DNA of 64,000 nucleotides. It comes from Malacoraja senta. Taxonomy: Eukaryota. The stretch is taken from the NCBI GenBank assembly GCA_038087875.1, contig CM075988.1, positions 23,810,001 to 23,874,000 on the forward strand, written 5' to 3'. Below, in pieces: positions 11,150-23,183 of this stretch; position 1 is the first letter of the stretch; every line of letters begins with the position of its first letter. The position numbers were made by a program, and so were the translations under genes. The notes under the pieces are model-generated. The model was not told where the DNA came from. It did not search any database and was given only the letters and a program-made list of their open reading frames with translations.

Positions 11150-13327
11150 CTCCAAAGACGTATAGGTTTGTAGGCTGATTGGCTTGGTATAAATGTAAAT
11201 TGTCCCTAAGTGTGTGTAGGATAGTGTGTGTGTGTGTGTGTGTGTGTGGGATCGCTGGTCGGCGGGGACTCGGTGGCCCGAAGTGCTTGTATCTGCGCTG
11301 AATCTCTAAAATAAACTAACGTAAAGATGCTGCCTGACCTGCTGAGTTACTGCAGCAATGTGTTTAAGAAGGAACTGCAGATGCTGGAAAATCGAAGGTA
11401 GACAAAAGTGCTGGAGAAACTCAGCGGGTGCAGCAGCATCTATGGAGCGAAGGAAATAGGCAGCATGTTCGTTGGCCTTACTTACTAAGTCAACTCCCCT
11501 GCCTCTCTGTAAAATCTTTCCTTTCAGATCCTTATCCAGCTACTTTCAAAGGTTTCAAAGGTCTTTTATTGTCACGTGTACCAATTAAGGTACAGTGATA
11601 TGCGAATTATCTTGCAGCTGTACAGAAAAAAAGCAACAAGTCACACAAATACATAAAGGTTAACATAAACATCCACCACAGCGGATTCCCTACATTCCCC
11701 ACTGTGATGGAAGGTAATAAAGTCTAATCTTCTTCCTCTTCTGAAGGCCAAAGTTAAATCTGCCTCAGTTACCTCCCCTAAACCTCCCTCCAGACCCTAA
11801 CCCCACCAGGGGAAACCTTGTATCTTGTGTGACCTGCGTGGGTTTTGTCCCTAAGAGGTGGGTGAGAGGTGGGTGCGGACTCGGTGGGCCAAAGGACCTG
11901 TATCCACTCTGTATCTCTAAAGTCAAATGTCTAAATAGGTTTGGTGAAGCCTTTCTATCTTTCCTGAGGTGTGCCACGCTGAGCAGACCACAATAGTCTA
12001 CTTGTGGCTGGAGATGCCGTTACATAAAGTTGCGGGCGTGACTGCTCAATGAGGCCTCCGGTTCGCATTCTGCTCTAATTGCTATCTCAACTCACCATTC
12101 CACTGCTGAGCCATGCACGGATACGCCCAGATCTCACTGTTTATTCGCCCTTTTAGACTTGTCCTCCTGCCATCTACAATCTCCTGCCCTAAACAATGTC
12201 GCACCTCACAGTCTTCAGCGTAAAATCACTTCTACCACCAATCGCTCTCTTCCACTGGGCTGTCTAACGCCACCTTGAAGTCTCACAACGCCACCTTGAA
12301 GTCTCTCCTCCAGCATTTCGTGTCTATCTTCATTGTAAACCTGCATCTGCAGTTCCTTCCTACACAAGGAAATAGAGGCAGGAATAGGCCACTCAGCCCC
12401 TATAGCCTGTCCCTGAATTTAATACTATCACGGTGAATAGTCCCAGGTATCGACAACACGTCTATCTTTAATGTCCTCTGCAAATATAGCTGTGTCCCAT
12501 TCCTTAGTCAATGGATGGCCAAGTCATTTGTCATTTCATTCTCCTATCTGGGACACATGACAATAAAACACTCTTGACTTGACTCTTGACTCTTTGTGTG
12601 CTGGTCGTAAGAGTGGCCATTCGGCCCATCATCAGGTTTGCTGGTGTTCTACAAATGCGCCAATCCCTGTTCCCACTCCCCTTTACTTTCCTTCTACTTC
12701 AACTCTCTCCCAATGGTCTTTCTTCCCCAGAGTGACGTGTATCCTCACGATGATCGTCATTCCAGTAAAACACGGATCAAATCCCAGTGGCCCTCGCACT
12801 AGTCCCAGCTACGACAAAGTATTGAAGCGTAAGATTCTCCAACTTCCTTTGTCAAGCTGCCAATCCTGATCTGGTGACGTCAAGTATGAGGTTATTGCAA
12901 TAAACAACGTTCCTGACATTACTCTCCCTCTCTCTCTCTCTCTCCAGGACAAGGGGTCACAGCTTAAGGATAAGGGGGAAATCCTTTAAGACCGAGATGA
13001 GGAAAAACTTTTTCACACAGAGAGTGGTGAATCTCTGGAACTCTCTGCCACAGAGGGTAGTTGACGCCAGTTCATTGGCTATATTTAAGAGGGAGTTAGA
13101 TGTGGCCCTTGTGGCTAAAGGGATCAGGGGGTATGGAGAGAAGGCAGGTACGGGATACTGAGTTGGATGATCAGCCATGATCATATTGAATGGCGGTGCA
13201 GGCTCGAAGGGCCGAATGGCCTACTCCTGCACCTATTTTCTATGTATCTATGTATCTATGTATCTCTCTCCACTCTTGCAGGCATTGGCTGACCATTCGG
13301 AACTGACATCATTCGGCTTGCAGTTCC

Positions 13328-13668
13328 ATGTCCACTCCTGGTCTGTGAAACCCCTCTCACTCCAGGTCTGTCTGACTCACTCTCACTCCCTGTCCACGAC
13401 TCCCACCACCCTCATTCCTGTTTGTGAAACTCATTTTCACTCCTGGCCAGTCTGACCCGCTCCCTGATCTGACCTCTGAATCCCACTCCGAATCCTGTTC
13501 AAAAGACCACTCCAGATTCTGCCCCCGCGACCCTGTGCTCACGCCCGGTCCATGAAACTCATTCTCACTCCGTGTCTGCCTGACAAGTCCCACTCCAGGA
13601 GTCCGAGTGCTGCACCCACTCTCGATCCTGGTCCCACTCCAGGTTAGTGGGTCCACTCCCGCTCCCGA
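13328..13668. repeat. Degenerate minisatellite with recurring (C/T)CACTCC motif
   Basis: CACTCC recurs every ~25-30 bp; TGAAAC(C/T)C recurs three times. Confidence 0.55.
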
Positions 13669-14614
13669 ATAAGGCTTTTTGATTTCATTAACCATTAGGG
13701 TTTTTAGACAATAGACAATAGACAATAGGTGCAGGAGCAGGCCATTCGGCCCTTCGAGCCAGCACCGCCATTCAATGTGATCATGGCTGATCATCCCCAA
13801 TCAGTACCCCGTTCCTGCCTTCTCCCCATATCCCTTGACTCCGCTATTTTATAAGAGCCCTATCTAGCTCTCTCTTGAAAGCATCCAGAGAACCTGCCTC
13901 CACCGCCCTCTGATGCAGAGAATTCCACAGACTCACCACTCTCTGTGAGAAAAAGTGTTTCCTCGTCTCCGTTCTAAATGGCTTACTCCTTATTCTCAAA
14001 CTGTGGCCCCTGGTTCTGGACTCCCCCAACATCGGGAACATGTTTCCTGCCTCTAGCGTGTCCAAGACCTTAACAATCTTATATGTTTCAAAGGGTCTTC
14101 TATGTTTTTGAAGGGTCTCGACCCGAAACGTCACCCACTCCTTCTCTCCAGAGATGCTGCCTGTCCCGCTGAGTTACTCCAGCATTTTGTGTCTATCTTC
14201 GATTTAAACCAGCATCTGCAGTTCCTTCCTACACAGGCGTTTTGATCCAGTCGGTTTCAGTCAGTTTAGTTCATTGTCACGTGTACCGAGGTACAGTGAA
14301 AAGCCTTTCGTTGTGTGCTATCCAGTCAGCAGAAAGACAATACATGATTACAATCGAGCCATTCACCCTGAGTTACAAAAATATGGGTTATACTATATAG
14401 GTGCTGCCTTCCCCCTTATCAAGGCGTAGTATCAAAAGCTATGGGCAGGAGCAACTCAGCGGGTCAGGCAGCATCTATGGAGCAGATTGGACAGATGACG
14501 TTGGGACACGTTCGGAGACGGACGGATGTCAAGTGCTGTCATCAACTCGATGAAAGGCGATCTGTGGTCTGAGTGAGACAACCGTCAGGGATCAGGAACC
14601 TTCTGCAGAAATGC

Positions 14615-14990
14615 CTGGCCACACACTCATTTCACCACCGCCATCGGGAAGTAGGTACAGGAGCCTGAAAACTGTAACGTCCAGGTTCAGGAACAGCTTC
14701 TTCCCTACAGCCATCAGGCTATTAAATACCACAACCTCAAATAAGCTCTAAACTACAATAGACTATTATTATTATTAATATTATTGTTTGTTTTTTGAGT
14801 ATGTGTGTATGTGTGTGTATATACATATAAACATATACTGTATGTATGTGTACTTGTGAGTATGTGTATATATACACACTGGACTTTTTTTTCTCCCTCT
14901 CGTTTATCATATTGTTTACAGTGTACTATGTTTACATATTCTGTTGTGCTGCAGCAAGTAAGGATTTCATTGTTATATCTGGGACATTTA
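14615..14990 (+). mobile_element. Rex1/Babar-like LINE 3' end
   Basis: Encodes PSGSRYRSLKTVTSRFRNSFFPTAIRLLN, the typical Rex1/Babar ORF C-terminus, followed by an AT-rich 3' UTR. Confidence 0.7.
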
Positions 14991-15283
14991 TTTTAATTTT
15001 TATTTCAAAATAGATTTTATTCAGGTAATAAATATATACCAATACATGAACCTTGCAAAAAATTCATCCGACATTTTCGGAGGCTATACAAATTGTTCAA
15101 TACAGTCTATATATATTGCTCAACTTTCCTGAATCTGTCCCTCACCCTTGCCACTCGTGCGGCACACTGGCGTGGGATACCTTCCCTTATTTTGAGGGGG
15201 CATATGACAATAAAATACTCTTGACTCTCTTGACTTGACCTGTTGAGCCCCTTCTGCACTTTGCTTGTTAAACTAGGTGTTGG

Positions 15284-15676
15284 CAAAGATTCTACAGCGA
15301 GCAAGATCGTCCACCCGACGAAAAAGACGTAGTACGGTCATGGGCAGATTCATGGGTCATTTTAGGCCCCATTTCCGTAACCGGCTTCCGTCTCCGCACC
15401 AAAGGTCCCGTAGCGGAGCAAAGATAACTAGTACGGAGACGGAAGCCGGTTACGGAAACACCCTCGTAAAAATAAAAGTTCTTTGCGAAAAATCTTCTCC
15501 TCATTTTCAGAATTTTAATTTATTAACACAAACTGTTCCCCCGCAACATTGATTACACTGCGGGTCGGGTCGGGTCGGGTCGGGTTACGGAAATGGATGA
15601 AAAAAGGCCCAGGTTCCGCTCTGTTGCGTACTACACGTCAGCCCATTGCATTCAGCAGGAGTGGTCTATCTTGCTT
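15284..15676. mobile_element. hAT-type MITE (family B), right end truncated
   Basis: Near-identical to 28236-28639; terminal ~13 bp missing, abuts a PLE fragment. Confidence 0.85.
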
Positions 15677-16481
15677 GATCCAAAGCGACCCCACCACTCG
15701 CCACATCTTCCCATCTCCCCCCCTGTCTGCTTTCCACAAAGACCGCTCCCTCCGTAACATTGTCTTTGGGTGTTGGTACCTGGCAGGAAAAAGGGCTCAG
15801 GTTACAGAGTGGAGTGGAATAGAGGGAGGGACCAAGGTGTGTAAGGGAGAGGAGAGGAGTGGGACTGGTTGGAGGGCAGGAGTGAGCCGGGGGTGGTGGG
15901 AGAGGCCCGGTGGGGGGGGGGTCAGGCAGAGCTGAGATAAGCAGTGTTTACAGCAGGTGCCTGTCGCATTCCAGTGCAGGGCGTTTACCTGCTGGAGACT
16001 GGTGGGCCAGGGCGCTGGCAGGCTTCCCTCCCCACGTCAGGCAAGAGGCAGAAACTGGTGAACGGGTCGGGTGGCATTCCTCTCACAGCGAACACTGCTC
16101 AGCCAAAGTGTCTCCACCCGAAACGCCCCCCATTCCTTCTATCCAGAGATGTGGCCTGTCCTGCTGAGTTACTCCAGCATTTTGTGTCTGTCTTCTGTGA
16201 AACAAAGGGTCTGCCACAGCCTGGTGCAGTCGCACGGAGTGTGAACTGCAAGGGTCATGGAGGCTAAATGTAGAAATGTAGATGGGTCCCGACCCGAAAC
16301 ATCACCCCTCCTTTTACCCCAGACCCGCTGAGTTACTCCAGCACTTTGTGTCTTTCTTCTGTAGAAACAAAGAACTGCAGATGCTGGTTTACACCAAAGA
16401 CAGATACAAAGTGCTGGAGTAACTCAACAAGTTATACTCAGAGGATGGGTGGCGTTTTGTGTCAGAACTCTTCCTTAGACC

Positions 16482-16806
16482 TAAGTACATGTCCCACTTA
16501 GGTGACTCTTTAGGAGACTGCCAGGTACTAGTTTTAATAGAATTCACCTACGACACCTGGCGACAACCTACGACAGCACCTACGCCAACCTACGCCAACC
16601 TACGCCAGCACCTACGCCAACCTACGGCAACCTACGCCAACACCTACGCCAACCTACGACAGCACCTACGCCAACCTACGCCAACCTACGCCAACCTACG
16701 CCAACCAAAATTGTCGCCATTGTCGCCAAAGATTTTTCAACATGTTGAAAAGTTTGCGGCAATCGCCTGTAGTCCCCCAAAAAATAGCCCAAGTGGGACA
16801 GGCCCA
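16482..16806. mobile_element. PIF/Harbinger-like MITE with internal (CCTACGCCAA)n expansion
   Basis: Degenerate TGTCCCACTT...AAGTGGGACAGGCCC ends; 10-13 bp tandem units at ~16545-16705. Confidence 0.7.
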
Positions 16807-16853
16807 TTGGAGTCTGAAGAAAGGTTCCGACTAGAAAGGTCACCTGTTCTATT

Positions 16854-18078
16854 CTCATTTGACTCCTCATTTGACTCCTCCCATTTCCTCCAAATACAAG
16901 GCGTAGCTATGGGCACACGCATGGGCCCCAGCTACGCCTGCCTCTTTGTCGGGTACGTAGAACAATCCTTGTTCAATGCGTACCAGGGCCCCATCCCCGA
17001 CCTCTACCTCCGCTACATCGATGACTGTTTTGGTGCCACATCCTGCACCCACACACAACTGACTGACTTCATCCGCTTCACCACCAACTTCCATCCGGCA
17101 CTCAAATACACCTGGACCATTTCCGACACTTCCCTACCATTCCTTGACCTCACTATCTCCATCGCAGGTGATAGACTTCTTACCGACATCCACTACAAAC
17201 CTACCGATTCCCATGGCTATCTGGACTACACTTCTTCCCACCCTGCTTCCTGTAAGGACTCCATCCCCCACTCCCAATTCCTCCGTCTACGCCGCATCTG
17301 CTCCCAGGATGAGGCGTTCCACACCAGGGCATCCGAAATGTCCTCATTCTTCAGGGAACGGGGGTTCCCCTCCTCCACCATAGATGAGGCTCGCACCAGG
17401 GCCTCTGCCATACCCCGCAACACTGCTCTCTCTCCCCATCCCCCCACTCACAACAAGGGCAGAGTCCCCCTAGTCCTCACCTTTCACCCCACCAGCCGTC
17501 ACACACAACAAGTGATCCTCCGTCAGTTTCGCCACCTCCAACGTGACCCCACCACTCGCCACATCTTCCCATCTCCCCCCATGTCTGCCTTCCGCAAAGA
17601 CCACTCCCTCCGTAACTCCCTTGTCAATTCTTCCCTTCCCTCCCATACCACCCCCTCCCCTGGTACTTTCCCTTGCAACCGCAAGAGATGCAACACTTGT
17701 CCCTTCACCTCCCCCCTCGACTCCATTCAAGGACCTAAGCAGTCGTTCCAGGTGCGACAGAGGTTCACCTGCATCTCCTCCAACCTCATCTATTGCATCC
17801 GCTGCTCTAGATGCCAGCTGATCTACATCGGTGAGACCAAGCGGAGGCTCGGCGATCGTTTCGCCGAACACCTCCGGTCGGTCCGCAATAACCAACCTGA
17901 CCTCCCGGTGGCTCAGCACTTCAACTCCCCCTCCCATTCCGTATCTGACCTCTCTGTCCTGGGTCTCCTCCATGGCCACAGCGAGCAACACCGGAAATTG
18001 GAGGAAATGCACCTCATATTCCGCTTGGGCAGTCTACATCCTGGGGGCTTGAACATTGAATTCTCCCAATTCTGCTAG
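16854..18078 (+). CDS. PLE reverse transcriptase C-terminal half + GIY-YIG endonuclease (partial ORF, no native start)
   Basis: C-terminal ~400 aa of the 539-aa ORF 16459..18078; no stops or frameshifts in the PLE-derived part. Confidence 0.85.
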
Positions 18079-18188
18079 CCATTGCTGTCCCCTCCCCTTC
18101 ATCAGCCCTCTGGTTGTCTCCTCCCCTCCCCCAGCCCTCGGGCTCCTCCTCCGCCTTTTTTCCTTTCTTCTCCCCACCCCCTATCAGT

Positions 18189-18216
18189 CTGAAGAAGGGT
18201 TTCGGCCCGAAACGTT
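18189..18216 (+). ncRNA. Minimal type-I hammerhead-ribozyme-like core in the PLE terminal repeat
   Basis: CTGAAGA-A-GGGT(TTCG)GCCC-GAAA-CGTT: CUGANGA box, 4-bp stem II with UUCG loop, GAAA box and palindromic AACGTT. Stem I is only ~2 bp. Confidence 0.6.
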
Positions 18217-19860
18217 GCCTATTTCCTTCGCTCCATAGATGCTGCTGCACCCGCTGAGTTTCTCCAGCATTTTTGTGTACCTTCACCTGTTCTATTTCTC
18301 CAGCGATGCTGCCTGACCCGCTGAGTTACTCCAGCATTTCGTGTCTATCTTCGGTGCAAAGCAGCATCTGCAGTTCCTTCCGACACAACACATGGCTACA
18401 TTCGAGATATCCACTGTGTACAGATACATGATAAAGGGGATAACATGAATAATGTTTGTAGATAGTAGCTCAGGACTGCTCCCTAGTTGTGGGTAGGATT
18501 ATTCCCAAACCACATGACAAGTTGCACTTCAGTGGCTTTTGTGTATAACCAATATCTGCAGTTCTTTGGTACACAAAAATGCTGGAGAAACTCAGCGGGT
18601 GCAGCAGCATCTATGGAGCGAAGGAAACAGGCAACGTTTCGGGCCGAAACCCTTCTTCAGACCTTTGTTTCGACATGGTGGCAGTTCTGCAGTTCTTTGC
18701 AGTTCTGCAGTTCTTTGTTTCGACATGGTGGCTGTGATTTAATTGGGGGGACATGCCCAAGGCCATGCAGAACCAGTTTGACTGCAACAGCCAGCGCAAG
18801 TATCTCTTTAAATCTTTGTTCCTGTTTTAGCGATTGCAGTCTCAATTGTTGAACACCAGGTGGCAGTGTTTGCCCTGCCAGGCATGTTCATTGTTCAGGC
18901 CCAAGTGCTGGGAGCTGGTGAAAATAACAAACTGCTGGAGGAACTCAGAGGGTCTGTGGGGAGGGGGGGGGGGGGGGAGGAGGTCGATGTTTCAGCAGAA
19001 ATCCTGCGTCACTGCGCACTTCTCACACAAGATCAACAACTGTTGATCAACAGCCTCTGCAAGGACAGCTCGCCCGGTGACATTTAGCAAAAAATTCCTT
19101 TCCAATTAAAATGTTTTTCTAAATGTTCTTAGTTGTTCTCTTTCCCGGAAGATGACGACAGGCGAGTACCGGCCAAATTCTATGAGAATGCACTGCATGC
19201 ATTTACGCAGTGATTTCAACATCTTGAAATGCAGCATTAAAAAAAAAAAGCTGGAGTGACTCAGCGGGTCAGGCAGCATCTCTGGAGAAAAGCCACAGGT
19301 GACGTTTCGGGTCGAGACCCTTCCTTCTTCAGACTGAGAGTCAGGGGGAACGGGAGCCGAGAGATATAGACGGTAGACACGTAGGGCAAATGAATGAAAG
19401 ATATGCGAAAAGCAAAGGTGATCAAGGAAAGGCCAAGCCCACAATGGTTCATTGTTGGCTGGGGTCGATGATAACGAGTTTTACAGACTGTCTTTATAGT
19501 AATTTATGGGAATCGCTGCCTCAAAAAGGCAGCTTCTTCTTCTGAAACATTGAATCAGCCATGATCACAATGAATGGCGGTGCTGGCTCGAAGGGCCGAA
19601 TGGCCTCCTCCTGCACCTATTTTCTATCTATCTATAAGCCAAAGGAATAGTTAGATCTCAAGAGTTGTCTCTACAGAGCCCCCAACTTCCCATTCCTACA
19701 CAGACCTTTCTGTCCTCGGTCTCCTCCATTGCCAGAGTGAGGCTAAACACAAATTGGAGGAACAGCATCTCATATTTTGCTTGGGCAGTTTACAGCCCAA
19801 TGGTATGATTATTGATTCCTCTCACTTCAGCTAGCCCCCTCTCTCTCTACCCCCCCCCCC

Positions 19861-19894
<34 letters not shown>

Positions 19895-19942
19895 GCTTCT
19901 AATTTTCACCCTGCAAACAGCTAACAACGGCCTGTTTTCCTT

Positions 19943-20142
19943 NNNNNNNNNNNNNNNNNNNNNNNNNNNNNNNNNNNNNNNNNNNNNNNNNNNNNNNNNN
20001 NNNNNNNNNNNNNNNNNNNNNNNNNNNNNNNNNNNNNNNNNNNNNNNNNNNNNNNNNNNNNNNNNNNNNNNNNNNNNNNNNNNNNNNNNNNNNNNNNNNN
20101 NNNNNNNNNNNNNNNNNNNNNNNNNNNNNNNNNNNNNNNNNN
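19943..20142. other. Assembly gap (200 N)
   Basis: Exactly 200 N, typical of a fixed-size scaffolding gap. Confidence 0.99.
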
Positions 20143-22680
20143 GGCACGAGCAATATTCCAGTCAACGGCTGCAATCATTCACTGAAATACATGTAATACT
20201 TAGTTTAACAATTCCCTCCCGCAACACGGCCGTGTACATTTGTCTCAGTGTCAGTCTTTGGTTTAACCAGCAGCTGCAGTTCCTCCCCACATACAGTATT
20301 TGATCACATTGAATGGCTCGAAGGGCCGAATGGCCTACTCCTGCACCTATTGTCTACTGTCTATTTAGTCTGAGTCTGAAGAAGGGTCTCGACCCGAAAC
20401 GTCACCTATTCCTTCTCTCCAGAGATGCTGCCTGTCCCACTGCGTTACTCCAGAATTCTGTGATAGTCTTCGGTATAAAACCAACATCTGCAGTTCCTCA
20501 CCTACTCGTTAGTGTGTATCTTCAGCTCAGGAACATGTGAAGCTGAAAGATGATGAATTGTAAAATTGGGACGTGGTGACTGAAGGGATGGATGACCGAT
20601 GCAATCCTTCAGGAGACCATCCAAGACCATCAATATTGTGCTTGGTCCTTGACGAAAATGTCCATGTCCCCCCCCACTCCTTCCCCACAGTCCTGCAAAT
20701 TAATTTCCATCAAGTGCCTGTCCAACCCCGAATGACTATATTTCCATCTGTGTATGAAGGAACTGCAGATGTTGGTTTAAACCGAAGATAGACACAGAAT
20801 TCTGGAGTCACGCAGTGGGACAGGCAGCATCTCTGGAGAGAAGGAATGGGTGAAGAAGGGTCTCGACCCGAAACGTCACCTATTCCTTCTCTCCAGAGAC
20901 GCTGCCCGACCCACTGAGTACCTCCGGATTTTTGTGTCTCTCGTCTATTTCCATCTCCCTCGAAGGCGGCAAGTTCCAGCTGGTAACTCTCTGCACAGCA
21001 AGGTTTGTACTCACAGAAAAGGGGCGTCACGGTAGAGTTGCTGCCTCACAGCGCCGGAGACCCAGGTTCAATCCTGACTAAGGGTGCTGACTGTTTGAGA
21101 AGGAACTGCAGATGCTGGAAAATCGAAGGTAGACAAAAATGCTGGAGAAACTCAGCGGGTGAGGCAGCATCTATGGAGCGAAGGAAACAGGCAACGTTTC
21201 GGGTCGAGACCCTTCTTCAGACCAGCATCTGCAGTTCTTTCCTACTCATCAGCGGGTCAGGCAGCTTCTGTGGAGAAAAAGGATGGGTGACAGTTTCTGG
21301 TCGAGACCCTTCTTCAGACTGAAAGTAGAGGGGAGGGAACTGTAGGGAGGAAAAGTCCAGAACATAATAGGGCTGGAAATGGAAAGAAGGCTCGACGATG
21401 AGGTGGGGGTGAAGGGACCCACACTCCGGATTGATACCCCCCCCCCCCCACCCGATAGGGCCCCCACCCCATTTAGGATTAAGCACCACTCCAAGTCTAT
21501 AATCCAGGTTGACTGACTTTGATCCCCAGTGTCAGAAGAGTGGCACGGTGGCACAGCGGTAGAGTTGCTGCCTCACAGCCCCAGAGACCCGGGTTCGATC
21601 CTGACTACGGGTGCTGTCTGTACGGAGTTTGTACGTTCTCAAGATTGTTAAGGGGTTGGACACGCTAGAGGCAGGAAACATGTTCCTGATGTTGGGGGAG
21701 TCCAGAACCAGGGGCCACAGTTTAAGAATAAGGAGGAGTTCGTGGATGTCTCGTAGCGGCTCGTCGGAGTAAAAAGTAACCATTTTTTTCATCGCGAGTA
21801 TTTTCTTTACTCGTGGACATTTTTCACAGTTGAAAAAACGTCACGAGTTTACCGGATTTCCCGAGTACCTACCGTTACTCGTACGAGCCGGTACGTGACA
21901 TCCACGAACTCCTACGTACCCGCTACGGACATTCTCCGAGTTTGAATCAGGGGAAAACTCGGGAGAAGTTACCTCGTACAGTGGGACAGGCCCTTAACAC
22001 TCCATTTGCATATTATTATATCAACCTCCCAAACCATTACATCCCTTCGCTACTTAGTTAGATTCACACCCCATGCTGGATTGCAAATCCTGCCCCCGTC
22101 ATCATATCCAATGTTCCATCTCCTCCCAGTAACTTCGTGTGCCCTCTTCTTACACCAGTACATCAGCTGCCAACTCCATTACATCCCCTCACCCTTACAC
22201 TTTCTCCCCCATCTCCCGGCAGAAACCCTTCCCAGACCTTTTGTCCAGGTCCTCCTGCTCAATCCCACCCCACCCCCCCACCCCCACCCCCTCCATCACA
22301 CATCTGGGGATATGGGGAGAAGGCAGGAATGGGGTACTGATTGGGGATGATCAGCTATGATCACATTGAATGGCTCGAAGGGCCGAATGGCCTACTCCTG
22401 CACCTATTGTCTATTGTCTATTGAACAACTTCTAATCTTGTGTGTGTGTGGACTCGATAAGATGACCAGCATGTGCAGTTCCTTCCTACCTACACATTTC
22501 GCCTGACCTGCTGAGCTACTCCAGCACTTTGTGTTTAAGAAGGAACTGCAGATGCTGGAAAAATCGAAGGTAGACAAAAAATGCTGGAGAAACTCAGCGG
22601 GTGAGGCAGCATCTATAGATGCTGCCTCACCCGCTGAGTTTCTCCAGCATTTTTTGTCTACCAGTACTTTGTGTGAATGG

Positions 22681-23134
22681 TGAGACTTGGCGATCGTTTC
22701 GCCGAACACCTCCGCTCGGTCCGCAATAACGAACCTGACCTCAGCACTGCAACTCCCCTCCCATTCCACATCCGACCTCTCTGTCCTGGGTCTCCTCCAT
22801 GGCCAGGGCGAGCAACACCGGAAATTGGAGGAACAGCACCTCATATTCCGCTTGGGGGAGTCTACATCCTGGGGGCATGAACATTGGATTCTCCCAATTT
22901 TGTTAGCCCCTGCTGCCTCCTCCCCTTCCTATCTCTCCCTCAGCCCTCGGGCTCCTCCTCCTCCTTTTTCCTTTCTTCTCCCCGCCCCACCCCACCCCCT
23001 ATCAGTCTGAAGAAAGGTTTCGGCCCGAAACGTTGCCTATTTCCTTCGCTCCATAGATGCTGCCGCACCCGCTGAGTTTCTCCAGCACTTTTGTCTACCT
23101 TCGATTTTCCAGCATCTGCAGTTCCTTCTCAAAC
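22681..23134 (+). mobile_element. PLE 3' fragment (end of GIY-YIG domain + pseudo-LTR)
   Basis: RLGDRFAEHLRSVRNN homology to 17840-18284; 15-bp TSD ACTTTGTGTGAATGG at 22666-22680 and 23135-23149. Confidence 0.88.
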
Positions 23135-23169
23135 ACTTTGTGTGAATGGGTTTGTTGATCAGTGTATCA

Positions 23170-23183
23170 CCAGCAGGGGGCAC
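23170..23183 (+). promoter_or_regulatory. CTCF core motif
   Basis: CCAGCAGGGGGCAC closely matches the CTCF consensus CCASCAGRKGGCRS, in unique sequence. Confidence 0.55.

Larger units (their letters stand above)
16854..18284 (+). mobile_element. Penelope-like retroelement (RT + GIY-YIG endonuclease, Neptune-like), 5'-truncated, with 3' pseudo-LTR
   Basis: Open frame to stop at 18078 with QIQGVAMGTRMGPSYA, YLRYIDD, a Cys linker CNRKRCNTC and NLIYCIRC..CQLIYIGET (GIY-YIG). TSD ACCTGTTCTATT at 16842-16853 and 18285-18296. Confidence 0.93.

Noticed and set aside
12731..12828. Acceptor/donor-like bounded segment on + strand
   Set aside because: The one open frame (VTCILTMIVIPVKHG...) resembles no protein I recognise; the other frames have stops.
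16854..18284. Possible selenoprotein-type (Naiad) PLE
   Set aside because: Endonuclease is C-terminal with ordinary Cys codons and no in-frame TGA; fits Neptune-like architecture.
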